In this document: piece after piece, positions 51,901 through 59,969 of the stretch | Layout of the letters: the number at the start of each line of letters is the position of its first letter | Numbering within the stretch: the first letter of the stretch is position 1 | Virus record (IMG/VR): IMGVR_UViG_3300042691_032784 | Span: 1-64,000 of that record | DNA: 64,000 nt | From: a virus | Direction: 5' to 3' (one strand) | Position numbers and translations under genes: made by a program | Notes under the pieces: generated by a model | What the model saw: only the letters and a program-made list of their open reading frames with translations | The model's database searches: none | What the model was told of the DNA's origin: nothing

Positions 51901-52242
51901 TTAATTAGTTTCTTGTTCAATAAAAGTTAATAATACAAAATCTTCTTTTACAATAGTAAAAAGTATATTATATTTAACTTTTTCTTTAGGACGATTAAGA
52001 GAATCTTTTAATTGAAGAACTAATGGTATTTTATTTTCAATATCATTAGTATTTTTATAGAAATAAATTAATCTAGGATTTTCATGTTTACTAAAGTAAC
52101 CTTCTCTAATAGTAAAATTTTCAGATTCTTTATTTAATCTGTTTAATAATTTACTACGATGAGCATCTTTATAATAACTATGATTTTTAGCTAAAATTTC
52201 TCCTTGTTCTACTAAATATTTAATTATTAGAGGATTCTTCAT
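51901..52242 (-). CDS. Hypothetical protein
   Basis: 113 aa ORF. Confidence 0.55.
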   Translation of the reverse strand: MKNPLIIKYLVEQGEILAKNHSYYKDAHRSKLLNRLNKESENFTIREGYFSKHENPRLIYFYKNTNDIENKIPLVLQLKDSLNRPKEKVKYNILFTIVKEDFVLLTFIEQETN

Positions 52243-52540
52243 AATTGATAATACCTATAATATAATCAGATTTAATAGTTTTAAGATTTTCATAACCTTC
52301 TACCGGTAAATCAAAACGGTCTACACTATTAAACTGATAAATAATAATAGTATCAACTGTATAAACAGAACTATGTGATTTAATAACTTTACCTATTCTA
52401 AGAAATTTTTCTTTTTTAAGTTTATCAATAGTTTCTTGTGGTAATCTAACACCTCCTTGTGTTTCTTGAACTTGTACAGGTTCTTCTTCTATTAATAAGA
52501 AGCTTGGTTTTAATGAAATTTGTTCTAATTTTAATGACAT
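52220..52540 (-). CDS. groES: GroES-like co-chaperonin
   Basis: LKPSFLLIE...ETQGGVRLP mobile loop, GKVIK, C-terminal IKSDYIIGII. Confidence 0.65.
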   Translation of the reverse strand: MSLKLEQISLKPSFLLIEEEPVQVQETQGGVRLPQETIDKLKKEKFLRIGKVIKSHSSVYTVDTIIIYQFNSVDRFDLPVEGYENLKTIKSDYIIGIINYEESSNN

Positions 52541-52780
52541 AATTTATATTACTTTTTGATTTAACAATAACAGTTTTACACACTAGATTTTCTTTTAGTG
52601 TAACTTATAATCCTCTAATACATTTAGTTGTATTATCTATTTCTAGCATTATTATAAGAAATTGTTTCAACTTTTATTTATACACGTTTAAGTCACTATT
52701 AATTGGCATCACAATAGGCGTGAATTATAATAGTTAATCATCAGATTGTTTTCGTGTTTGATTATAAGAATCTTTTAAAT

Positions 52781-53044
52781 TTATTTTACTTTTATACTTT
52801 CTAAATAAGTACCAATAGTATAAAATAATACTTCTAATGATTCATCTGTTAATCCAATACAAGTATTAATTATATCATCTTTTACAAAAGTATCTGCACA
52901 TTTTATATCTAAATTTTCATATTTAGTTAAAGGTCTTTTAATTATAATTAAATTACCTTTAGGTTTTTTAATTACAATAACTTCTCTTTTTCTCTTAAAT
53001 TTACTAATAACTCCATTAGGATGGGTAGTTGTATTTATTTTCAT
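52781..53044 (-). CDS. Hypothetical protein
   Basis: 87 aa ORF. Confidence 0.55.
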   Translation of the reverse strand: MKINTTTHPNGVISKFKRKREVIVIKKPKGNLIIIKRPLTKYENLDIKCADTFVKDDIINTCIGLTDESLEVLFYTIGTYLESIKVK

Positions 53045-53066
53045 AAATTATGATTTATTAATTATA

Positions 53067-53354
53067 TTAAATTGCTATTTTTAAAGCTAATTCAAATTCT
53101 TCTTTAGATTGAATAAGTGTATTAGACAATGATTTTCTTGTATTCCAATTAGCAGTTATAGAAAGAAATATACCATATTTATCATCTCTATTAAATACTA
53201 ATTGTCTATAATCTTTACCTAATTTACCATAACTTCTTGATTCTACAACCCAATGTTTATTATTATAAACACCATATTGACCATCATCTTTTATTTTATA
53301 ATAACCTAAAGAATCTAAATATTCTTCAGTTAAATATGTATTATCTATATTCAT
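53067..53354 (-). CDS. Hypothetical protein
   Basis: 95 aa, LTEEYLDSLGY start typical of small phage ORFs. Confidence 0.6.
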   Translation of the reverse strand: MNIDNTYLTEEYLDSLGYYKIKDDGQYGVYNNKHWVVESRSYGKLGKDYRQLVFNRDDKYGIFLSITANWNTRKSLSNTLIQSKEEFELALKIAI

Positions 53355-53363
53355 ATTTATTAA

Positions 53364-53762
53364 TTATAATTTATTAGTTATAATTAAAGCATCAGTTAAT
53401 ATCATAGAATTATTTGCACTATAATGCAAAGGAAGAATATTATATATTTTATATCCTTTATTTGTTAATTCAATAATTTTATCTTGAATTGTAATAAATC
53501 TAGGAATAGATATAGAATAATGATGTAATTCTTTTTCTTGATTGTTAATATTTACTGGATTATCTAAAAAATTAGATTGTAAAACTTCAATTAGTTTTAT
53601 AACTGATTCATTATCTAATTCAATATAAGATTCACTAGCTTGAATAAGTAGTGATTTACCTCGTATTTTTTCCCCGTAGAAGGAATGTAGTGTTATGTTT
53701 GAACCAACTGATATTTTTTCTTTATCAGTAATTCCATAAAATTTAGCTAATTGTGTACTCAT
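53364..53762 (-). CDS. Hypothetical protein
   Basis: 132 aa ORF. Confidence 0.55.
   Translation of the reverse strand: MSTQLAKFYGITDKEKISVGSNITLHSFYGEKIRGKSLLIQASESYIELDNESVIKLIEVLQSNFLDNPVNINNQEKELHHYSISIPRFITIQDKIIELTNKGYKIYNILPLHYSANNSMILTDALIITNKL
53669..53690 (-). repeat. Dispersed motif copy 14
   Basis: reverse complement ctacattccttctacggggaaa. Confidence 0.7.
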
Positions 53763-53798
53763 AGTATTATAATTATTAGTTAATATTTATTTTAAGTT

Positions 53799-53822
53799 CC
53801 AACACTATTTCTAAGTGGGAAA
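53799..53822 (+). repeat. Dispersed motif copy 15 (intergenic)
   Basis: ccaacactatttctaagtgggaaa. Confidence 0.75.
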
Positions 53823-53924
53823 TATTCATAATTTTATATTTTAGATAAAATTATAAGACTTTAAATTAAGCGATTTAAGACATTCATTTTTAAACTAATA
53901 TTATAATATTATATAGGTACTAAA

Positions 53925-54270
53925 ATGCAAAGCCGGTAAGCTATGTGGCTGTACCGGCAAATTGCATCTTAAAAACAAACGAAATCAGACATAACCAAAA
54001 GTAATATATTGTATTATCATTAAAATCTTTAGCACCATCTCAATTTGTATCTCTCCCAATTTTAGATTTATTAATTCTAAAAGATACTCTTATTAATGGT
54101 CTAGCTGGTAACTCCTCACACGTCAACAGTTTATATAACTACGGGATCATGTAGTTATTAGACTTATGTTCACTCTCAAATACCATATCAAGTGCTGTGT
54201 GGATAATCTTATACATAAATTAGTTTATATGCTTTCGAATTATCTTTATTAAGGTCATAGGTTTAACCTG
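53925..54270. ncRNA. Candidate structured non-coding RNA or leader
   Basis: atgcaa-gccggta.../...taccggc-ttgcat hairpin (53925-53967) plus gtatct/agatac and ataactac/gtagttat stems; no substantial ORF. Confidence 0.4.
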
Positions 54271-54276
54271 TATTTA

Positions 54277-54477
54277 TTATTCTTTTATTTTAAATTGCCA
54301 ATTTTGAGAATCAGCTAATTTTGAAGCATTTTTAGCTTCATTAATAGCATTTTCTCTTTCTTTACTACTTAAATCACTTATTTTAGTATAAGTAATTGAT
54401 GTTGTAATTGCTGGTGCAGTATTACCTGTTTTACTACAAGTTGGAATTACTACTACGAATTTAAGTTTTTTCTTCAT
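54277..54477 (-). CDS. Hypothetical protein
   Basis: 66 aa ORF. Confidence 0.55.
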   Translation of the reverse strand: MKKKLKFVVVIPTCSKTGNTAPAITTSITYTKISDLSSKERENAINEAKNASKLADSQNWQFKIKE

Positions 54478-54543
54478 TTTGTTGTTTTAATTTATTAATA
54501 ATATGTTTTAAGAACAATATTTTTTATTTATTAGGTTTTTATA

Positions 54544-54693
54544 TTAATGTTTTACTACTCGTTTAATACGAGTATAATTATCAGGATTATAACAATGTAA
54601 AATACATAAACTTCTAATACAACTTTGTTGTATACTATTAGTAGAATATACTAATTGTCCTACTGCAATTCTAGGTCTTTTACTTTTAGACAT
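54544..54693 (-). CDS. Small hypothetical protein (49 aa, not in ORF track)
   Basis: MSKSKRPRIAVGQLVYSTNSIQQSCIRSLCILHCYNPDNYTRIKRVVKH, starts right after the upstream stop. Confidence 0.45.
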   Translation of the reverse strand: MSKSKRPRIAVGQLVYSTNSIQQSCIRSLCILHCYNPDNYTRIKRVVKH

Positions 54694-54694
54694 A

Positions 54695-55069
54695 TTATAT
54701 TTGTTTAGTTAAACAATTAATAATATATAAAGCAAATTGATTTTGAATAGATTTAGCTTTATCTGCTCTAAGATTGTGACCATCTGTACCAGTTAAATTA
54801 CCCCAACCACGTAAAATAATTAATACTTTACTACCTGATTTAATTAAACTACCTTCAACAGATAAATCAGGAAAATATTGTTGTACTTTAAGATTATTAT
54901 TAATAGCATGAAGTACTTCTTTTTTAGTTTCATTAGAAAGATATATACCATTAGTATCATCTTCTTCACTGAATTGAAATGCCATTTCATTATCTTTAGT
55001 TAGAACAGTATCATCTAATACTAAATCTTGTTTTAATGGGAATTTGTAATACATTTTAAATGCTTCCAT
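54695..55069 (-). CDS. Hypothetical protein
   Basis: 124 aa, RGWGNLTG segment. Confidence 0.65.
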   Translation of the reverse strand: MEAFKMYYKFPLKQDLVLDDTVLTKDNEMAFQFSEEDDTNGIYLSNETKKEVLHAINNNLKVQQYFPDLSVEGSLIKSGSKVLIILRGWGNLTGTDGHNLRADKAKSIQNQFALYIINCLTKQI

Positions 55070-55095
55070 GATTATGTTAGTTTTCGTTATTAATT

Positions 55096-55272
55096 AGAAG
55101 GTCTATTTTACCTTCTCGCACAATGCTATAAAATTATAGCTACTTACATTAATATTAGCATTATGGTTTAGCTAATAAAGTATTGCTACTTGTAAGGCAA
55201 TTATCTACTTAACGACTTATAGTAAAATAATTGCTGCCACTTCTATTACTCGTTTCCGGCATAAAGTAATAG
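55096..55272. ncRNA. Candidate multi-hairpin RNA element
   Basis: Five consecutive stems in under 200 nt (see findings). Confidence 0.45.
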
Positions 55273-55290
55273 ATTTATTAACTCCAGTAG

Positions 55291-55665
55291 CTATGAGTCT
55301 ACTGTGTTTAATGTTTTAATATAATTCTTTAATATTTTATCAAATCTACTTAATGTTTTAGTACATTTTCGTAGACAATAATATTTAATAAGAGAATCAG
55401 TAATATGTTTATATGTTTTTTCTAAATCATCAAACATACTAGGAATGTTTTTAACTCTTTGAAGTTCTTCTTCAGGAACTTTAGAATATTTATTATAAAT
55501 AAAACTACTTTCACTAAGAAATAATTTTGCTTCATCAATACTAGAAGTAGCATAAACATTTCTAATTTTATCTGTAACTTTATAATAATTATCTTTAAGT
55601 TCTATAGTAAAATTATTAGATTCTAATAATTCTATTAATTTAAGACCTGATATATGAGTAATCAT
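55291..55665 (-). CDS. Hypothetical protein
   Basis: 124 aa ORF. Confidence 0.55.
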   Translation of the reverse strand: MITHISGLKLIELLESNNFTIELKDNYYKVTDKIRNVYATSSIDEAKLFLSESSFIYNKYSKVPEEELQRVKNIPSMFDDLEKTYKHITDSLIKYYCLRKCTKTLSRFDKILKNYIKTLNTVDS

Positions 55666-55671
55666 AATAAT

Positions 55672-56094
55672 TTAATTTAGTGTTGGATAATTATCTATTA
55701 AAGTTAAAGGTTTAATGTATTTACCTGCATATACTATATTTATAGGATGAAGTTTATCTGTAGTATAAATATATTTATAATAAATACCTTTAGCTAAAAT
55801 AATATCATCTGGTACTATTGAAAATTCATCAGTAATACATTGAGGTATAATAGGTTTATTATTATCAATATATAAACTTGTATATTCATAATATAAATTC
55901 TTATAATTAGAATCAAATTTAGAAGAATTAGATAATTTAAAAATTATAATTTTAATAGTATCTGATTTAATAGTATCTGATTTAATACTATTAATATTTT
56001 TTTCTTCTAATATAGGAGCTTTTTTAATATTGTAATAAAATACAATAAATGATGTTATCATCAATACTATTAATATGATTATGATTGTTTGCAT
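55672..56094 (-). CDS. Hypothetical membrane-anchored protein
   Basis: N-terminal TM helix; 15-bp duplication (IKSDT x2). Confidence 0.55.
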   Translation of the reverse strand: MQTIIIILIVLMITSFIVFYYNIKKAPILEEKNINSIKSDTIKSDTIKIIIFKLSNSSKFDSNYKNLYYEYTSLYIDNNKPIIPQCITDEFSIVPDDIILAKGIYYKYIYTTDKLHPINIVYAGKYIKPLTLIDNYPTLN

Positions 56095-56098
56095 TTGT

Positions 56099-56374
56099 TT
56101 AAGGATTAAAAGTTATAATTGATTCATATCTTATTATTCCATCTATTTCATATCTTTTTGATATTTTAAAAGGTATATTAAAATCTTTAGCATCAAATAA
56201 GTTATGTATTAATTCTTTAGCTTTATTATGTGGTAATATAATAGATTTAAAGTTTATATCATTACCTGCTATAAAATTAATAAGTGGAAGGTCTGATGTA
56301 ATGTCTACTTCATATACTTGGTCAGTAGATATTGATAGTTTTGTGTAAAGTTTGTCTGATTTATTTAAGTACAT
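56099..56374 (-). CDS. Hypothetical protein
   Basis: 91 aa ORF. Confidence 0.5.
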   Translation of the reverse strand: MYLNKSDKLYTKLSISTDQVYEVDITSDLPLINFIAGNDINFKSIILPHNKAKELIHNLFDAKDFNIPFKISKRYEIDGIIRYESIITFNP

Positions 56375-56392
56375 GATTAAGTTAATTTGTAC

Positions 56393-56820
56393 TGTTAGTA
56401 TTATGTTTTGTGGTGTAGGTAAGTGGTTGATATTGAGTTAATAAGGGTTTAGGTGGTTTTTTGGGATTAATAGAATGAGTTAATGTATTATTAGAGTGAT
56501 TAATATGGTTATTATTGGGTTTATGAGTGTGTGTAGGATTAGAGTTATGGTTGTTAGGATTAGGGAGATTTTGGTGTGAATTAGTAGGTAGATGAGTAGA
56601 TGAATTATTATATGTTGTTATTACTATGAGTTATGGCAACTTAAGTAATTATATAAATAACGGTACATATAACTCAGGGTCTACGTGCTTATGCCTATGT
56701 CTTCTTTTACTCTTACAATCAACTCTAACACTACAACCCCATCTACTCCAACACCTAATCTCCCCTCTCCATTTTAACCAATAACTAATCAATCAACAGT
56801 ACTATGCCCATAATAAATCA
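56393..56820. other. Non-coding skew-switch region / long imperfect inverted repeat
   Basis: No C on + strand 56393-56623; no G on + strand 56700-56798; nested complementary blocks around ~56650. Confidence 0.7.
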
Positions 56821-56929
56821 AATTACCTAGTTAGTAATTTAATAATCAATCAATAGTAATATAACCACAATATTCTACTGCCCAAACAATAGAATTTAAT
56901 CAATCTTTAGTAATATATCAAACTTAATA

Positions 56930-57379
56930 TTATGTAGGCTTATTAGCCTTTAAATTATCAGGATAATTACTATTATCTTCTTTTTTAATAAACATATCAC
57001 CATGACCTTTAAAAGATTCTTCCTCAGTAACAGGTCTAGTTCTTAAATCACTTAATGGTCTATTCATATCATGATTACGTTTATCTTTTTTATCTTGTAA
57101 TATTTTATTCATAACATCAGCAAAATCTTTAATATCTTTTATTGCTTTATTTAGTTTAGTATAATACATAATAATATTATGTAAACATACTGCACCTAAT
57201 GTTAAATTAACAACATTAAGAATAATTAAAGCAATTAAAGCATAAAGTCTTGCTAAAGTGGTTCTAACATTAACATCATCAAGAGTGATAATATTAAATG
57301 TGTGTGTTAGAATTAATACTTCGAATAGTAATACTAATAATAGTATTGAATAGAATGGAATAAGTTTATGAATTTTCAT
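56930..57379 (-). CDS. Hypothetical membrane protein (2 TM helices)
   Basis: Two hydrophobic segments in the N-terminal half. Confidence 0.6.
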   Translation of the reverse strand: MKIHKLIPFYSILLLVLLFEVLILTHTFNIITLDDVNVRTTLARLYALIALIILNVVNLTLGAVCLHNIIMYYTKLNKAIKDIKDFADVMNKILQDKKDKRNHDMNRPLSDLRTRPVTEEESFKGHGDMFIKKEDNSNYPDNLKANKPT

Positions 57380-57436
57380 TTTGATTATGTTTTAAATTAT
57401 TTGTTTTATTAATACTTCGTTTACTTTTACAACCAG

Positions 57437-57470
57437 AAGCATACTCGCCACATATGTAGCGAATATGCTT
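57437..57470 (-). other. Long RNA hairpin downstream of the 57502 gene
   Basis: Minus strand aagcatattcgctaca-ta-tgtggcgagtatgctt; both DNA mismatches become G-U pairs. Confidence 0.65.
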
Positions 57471-57501
57471 GATTGTTATAGCCCGTACCTATTGTATGAG
57501 C

Positions 57502-58134
57502 TTATTTTTTGTTACCTTTTCCGGCAGGTTTACCAAAAGCTTCTGTTTCTACTTCATCTTCTTCTTCAGCTTCAGAAGTATAACCTGCAAAAGGATTAGG
57601 TTGAGCAACAGGTTGAGCAACAGGTTGAGCAACGGCACCAAAAGAACTAATACCCATAGATGCTAAAAAGCCTTTACCAATGGTATTAGCAATAGCTAAA
57701 CGAGTTAGTTCCATATCAGTCAATGGAATATCCATAAAACCTTCAATACGTTGTCCGTCTTGTTGATAAGCAACTCTATCACCAATCTTTACTTTACCAC
57801 TCAATTCATGAGTAGTAGTAGTAATAGCAGGATGTTTTTCATCGATAATATAAGTATCGCCTGCTTTATGATAAGAGATTTCAGTAGTTGCAATAGCACC
57901 TCTACAAGCATGTAATTCAGCTGTAAATTGAGGGTCTTCAACACTCACAACACCAATAGCTCTACCGCTGTTTTGAAGAGAGATAAGAGCTTGTTGAGGA
58001 TTAACAACAATATCCGGATGTCTAGTAACCATACCATTAGTAACTTGGTCAACTGCAAAAATAACAACAGGACGTTTAACTTTAGTGTTCATAGGAATGA
58101 TACGAACTCCATTAATTCTAAATTGTGTTTTCAT
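57502..58134 (-). CDS. Hypothetical protein, first gene of the leftward block
   Basis: Likely start MKTQFR at 58134; AQPV repeats (12-bp unit) and acidic tail; higher GC than neighbours. Confidence 0.7.
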   Translation of the reverse strand: MKTQFRINGVRIIPMNTKVKRPVVIFAVDQVTNGMVTRHPDIVVNPQQALISLQNSGRAIGVVSVEDPQFTAELHACRGAIATTEISYHKAGDTYIIDEKHPAITTTTHELSGKVKIGDRVAYQQDGQRIEGFMDIPLTDMELTRLAIANTIGKGFLASMGISSFGAVAQPVAQPVAQPNPFAGYTSEAEEEDEVETEAFGKPAGKGNKK

Positions 58135-58179
58135 AATAAAATATATAAATAAATAATAAAAGATTTTAGTAGCCACAAG

Positions 58180-58990
58180 GACTACTACAGAACGTGGTTA
58201 ATGCTTAAACAAACAAGCAAAGCTATGTGTTAACACAAAATCTAAGCGAGTATTATTAATTTAAGCATTATGCTTTGTAGAGATTTAAGCAAAGTAGTAC
58301 GGGTACTTCAAAACCTCCAAAACTTAGTAGGGGTCTTTATTAGGGTGGGTTCACGTATACGGGGTTAACTATATATTCCTATTAATCCACATACAACTCC
58401 TCCTCCAACAATCAACTCCATCAAACTAACCTCCTCCTAAACCAACATCACCAAATCTAACCAAACTAATCCTACCAAAACCTCATCAACTTAACCAAAT
58501 AAAACCTTTATCAACATTACAAACTTTTACAACTCTACCATCACTACTAAAAAAAGTTATATTAGTGAGTTACTATACAGCATTAACATATTAACTACTA
58601 TTACCATTATCACCACTATTAAAAATTTTGTTAATATTATGTTAAAATATTATTAATTATTTGTATATTACATTTTATTTATTATATTAAGATTATATAA
58701 TACTAATTATTAATCAATAAAACAAATATATATATATAATTTAACAAAAATTTAACAATTAAATATAGTCGATTTAAGAGATTTTTCCCCTTAAATGATA
58801 ATGTTGTTGTCGAGTAAAAAATTATTAAATAGACGGTCTGAAAATGCCTATATATCAATTATTATTCATATATTTGTAATTGAATATAAAGTATTTTTAT
58901 ATAAGGTATTAATAATACTGGTTATATTGTTAATATAACTTTTTTTAGTAAAGATACTATTAGTAATAATGAACAACAAAATAATAATGA
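58180..58990. promoter_or_regulatory. Divergent control region / candidate replication origin
   Basis: Strand switch; G-runs at 58.30-58.36 kb; G-free tract 58365-58555; TGTTAA/TTAACA repeats flanking an AT-rich core; TATATTTG -7 boxes at 58723-58730 (-) and 58869-58876 (+). Confidence 0.55.
58784..58806 (-). repeat. Dispersed motif copy 16 (intergenic)
   Basis: reverse complement caacattatcatttaaggggaaa. Confidence 0.75.
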
Positions 58991-58991
58991 T

Positions 58992-59510
58992 ATGAAAGAA
59001 ACAATTAATCCTATTAATGTTAAAGTTCCTCAAGAACTTATTAACTATCGTCTTCAAGCTAAATCTATATTAGCTTTTTGTACTAATCAAGCTTATGCTA
59101 ATAATCAAAAATTTTCATATAGTATTGAATTTAAAAAAGGAGAACAAGCTATCACTTATGATAATGTAAATTATATTAAACATTATTATACTTTTAGTTT
59201 AATACTTCTTAATAAAAATACAAGTATTATTGGTCAAAGAATTGAATTATATGTAACACACTACCCAATTTCTATGGGGGAAAATAGTATTACTTTAGAA
59301 AAATTAGCATATAAAGATTTCTTTACTAATGCTATTGCTTCTCTTATTAATAATACTTATGCTATGTATATAAATTCTTTACAAAAAGATTTAGTTAAAC
59401 CAGAAGATGTAACTTCTGAAGATGCTGAAAGAGAAGCTGCTATTATTAAAAATAGAATTGAATCAGGTATTACTGAAGAAGAAAAACCAAAACTTATTAT
59501 AACTAAATAA
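58992..59510 (+). CDS. Hypothetical protein
   Basis: 172 aa, first gene of the rightward block. Confidence 0.65.
   Translation: MKETINPINVKVPQELINYRLQAKSILAFCTNQAYANNQKFSYSIEFKKGEQAITYDNVNYIKHYYTFSLILLNKNTSIIGQRIELYVTHYPISMGENSITLEKLAYKDFFTNAIASLINNTYAMYINSLQKDLVKPEDVTSEDAEREAAIIKNRIESGITEEEKPKLIITK
59259..59283 (+). repeat. Dispersed motif copy 17
   Basis: cactacccaatttctatgggggaaa. Confidence 0.7.
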
Positions 59511-59516
59511 ATTATT

Positions 59517-59969
59517 ATGGCTTTAGATAATACTATGATAGAAATCTTTACTACTGTTAAGAAAGAAGTAGAAGAAAAATTTGGTATAGTTTTATCAGTA
59601 GAAGAAATTCATTCTGTTTGGCATACACAAGTTGAAGCTTTTAAATATGCTATTATTAAAGGTTTAACTATTAATTTTTTTAGATTTGGTAAATTTGTTG
59701 ATGTTAAACGTAAAGAAACTGCTAAAGAATCTACTAAATTTGTTTCTAGTTTATCTGTTTTTAAAGAATTATATCCTGAATTAGATGAAGTAACTCTTAG
59801 AAAACAATATGCTATTATTAAAGCTAAACAAAAAGCTGAATTTTTAAAAAGTAAAACTAGAGTACAAGGTATGAGTGTTAATGAAGTTTTAGATACTCCA
59901 AATAAAGGTACATATAATCCATTATTTTTTAAAGTTATTAATAAAAAAATAATTAAACCAAATGAATAG
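59517..59969 (+). CDS. HU/IHF-like DNA-binding protein
   Basis: Two N-terminal helices then KGLTINFFRFGKF, resembling the G-x-x-V-x-x-x-x-F-G-x-F signature. Confidence 0.55.
   Translation: MALDNTMIEIFTTVKKEVEEKFGIVLSVEEIHSVWHTQVEAFKYAIIKGLTINFFRFGKFVDVKRKETAKESTKFVSSLSVFKELYPELDEVTLRKQYAIIKAKQKAEFLKSKTRVQGMSVNEVLDTPNKGTYNPLFFKVINKKIIKPNE

Noticed and set aside
52541-52780. Possible structured RNA upstream of groES
   Set aside because: Only short AT-rich stems, not distinguishable from chance
52541-58990. tRNA genes in the non-coding stretches
   Set aside because: No cloverleaf with a GTTCRA T-loop and acceptor stem found by eye; tRNAscan-SE would settle it
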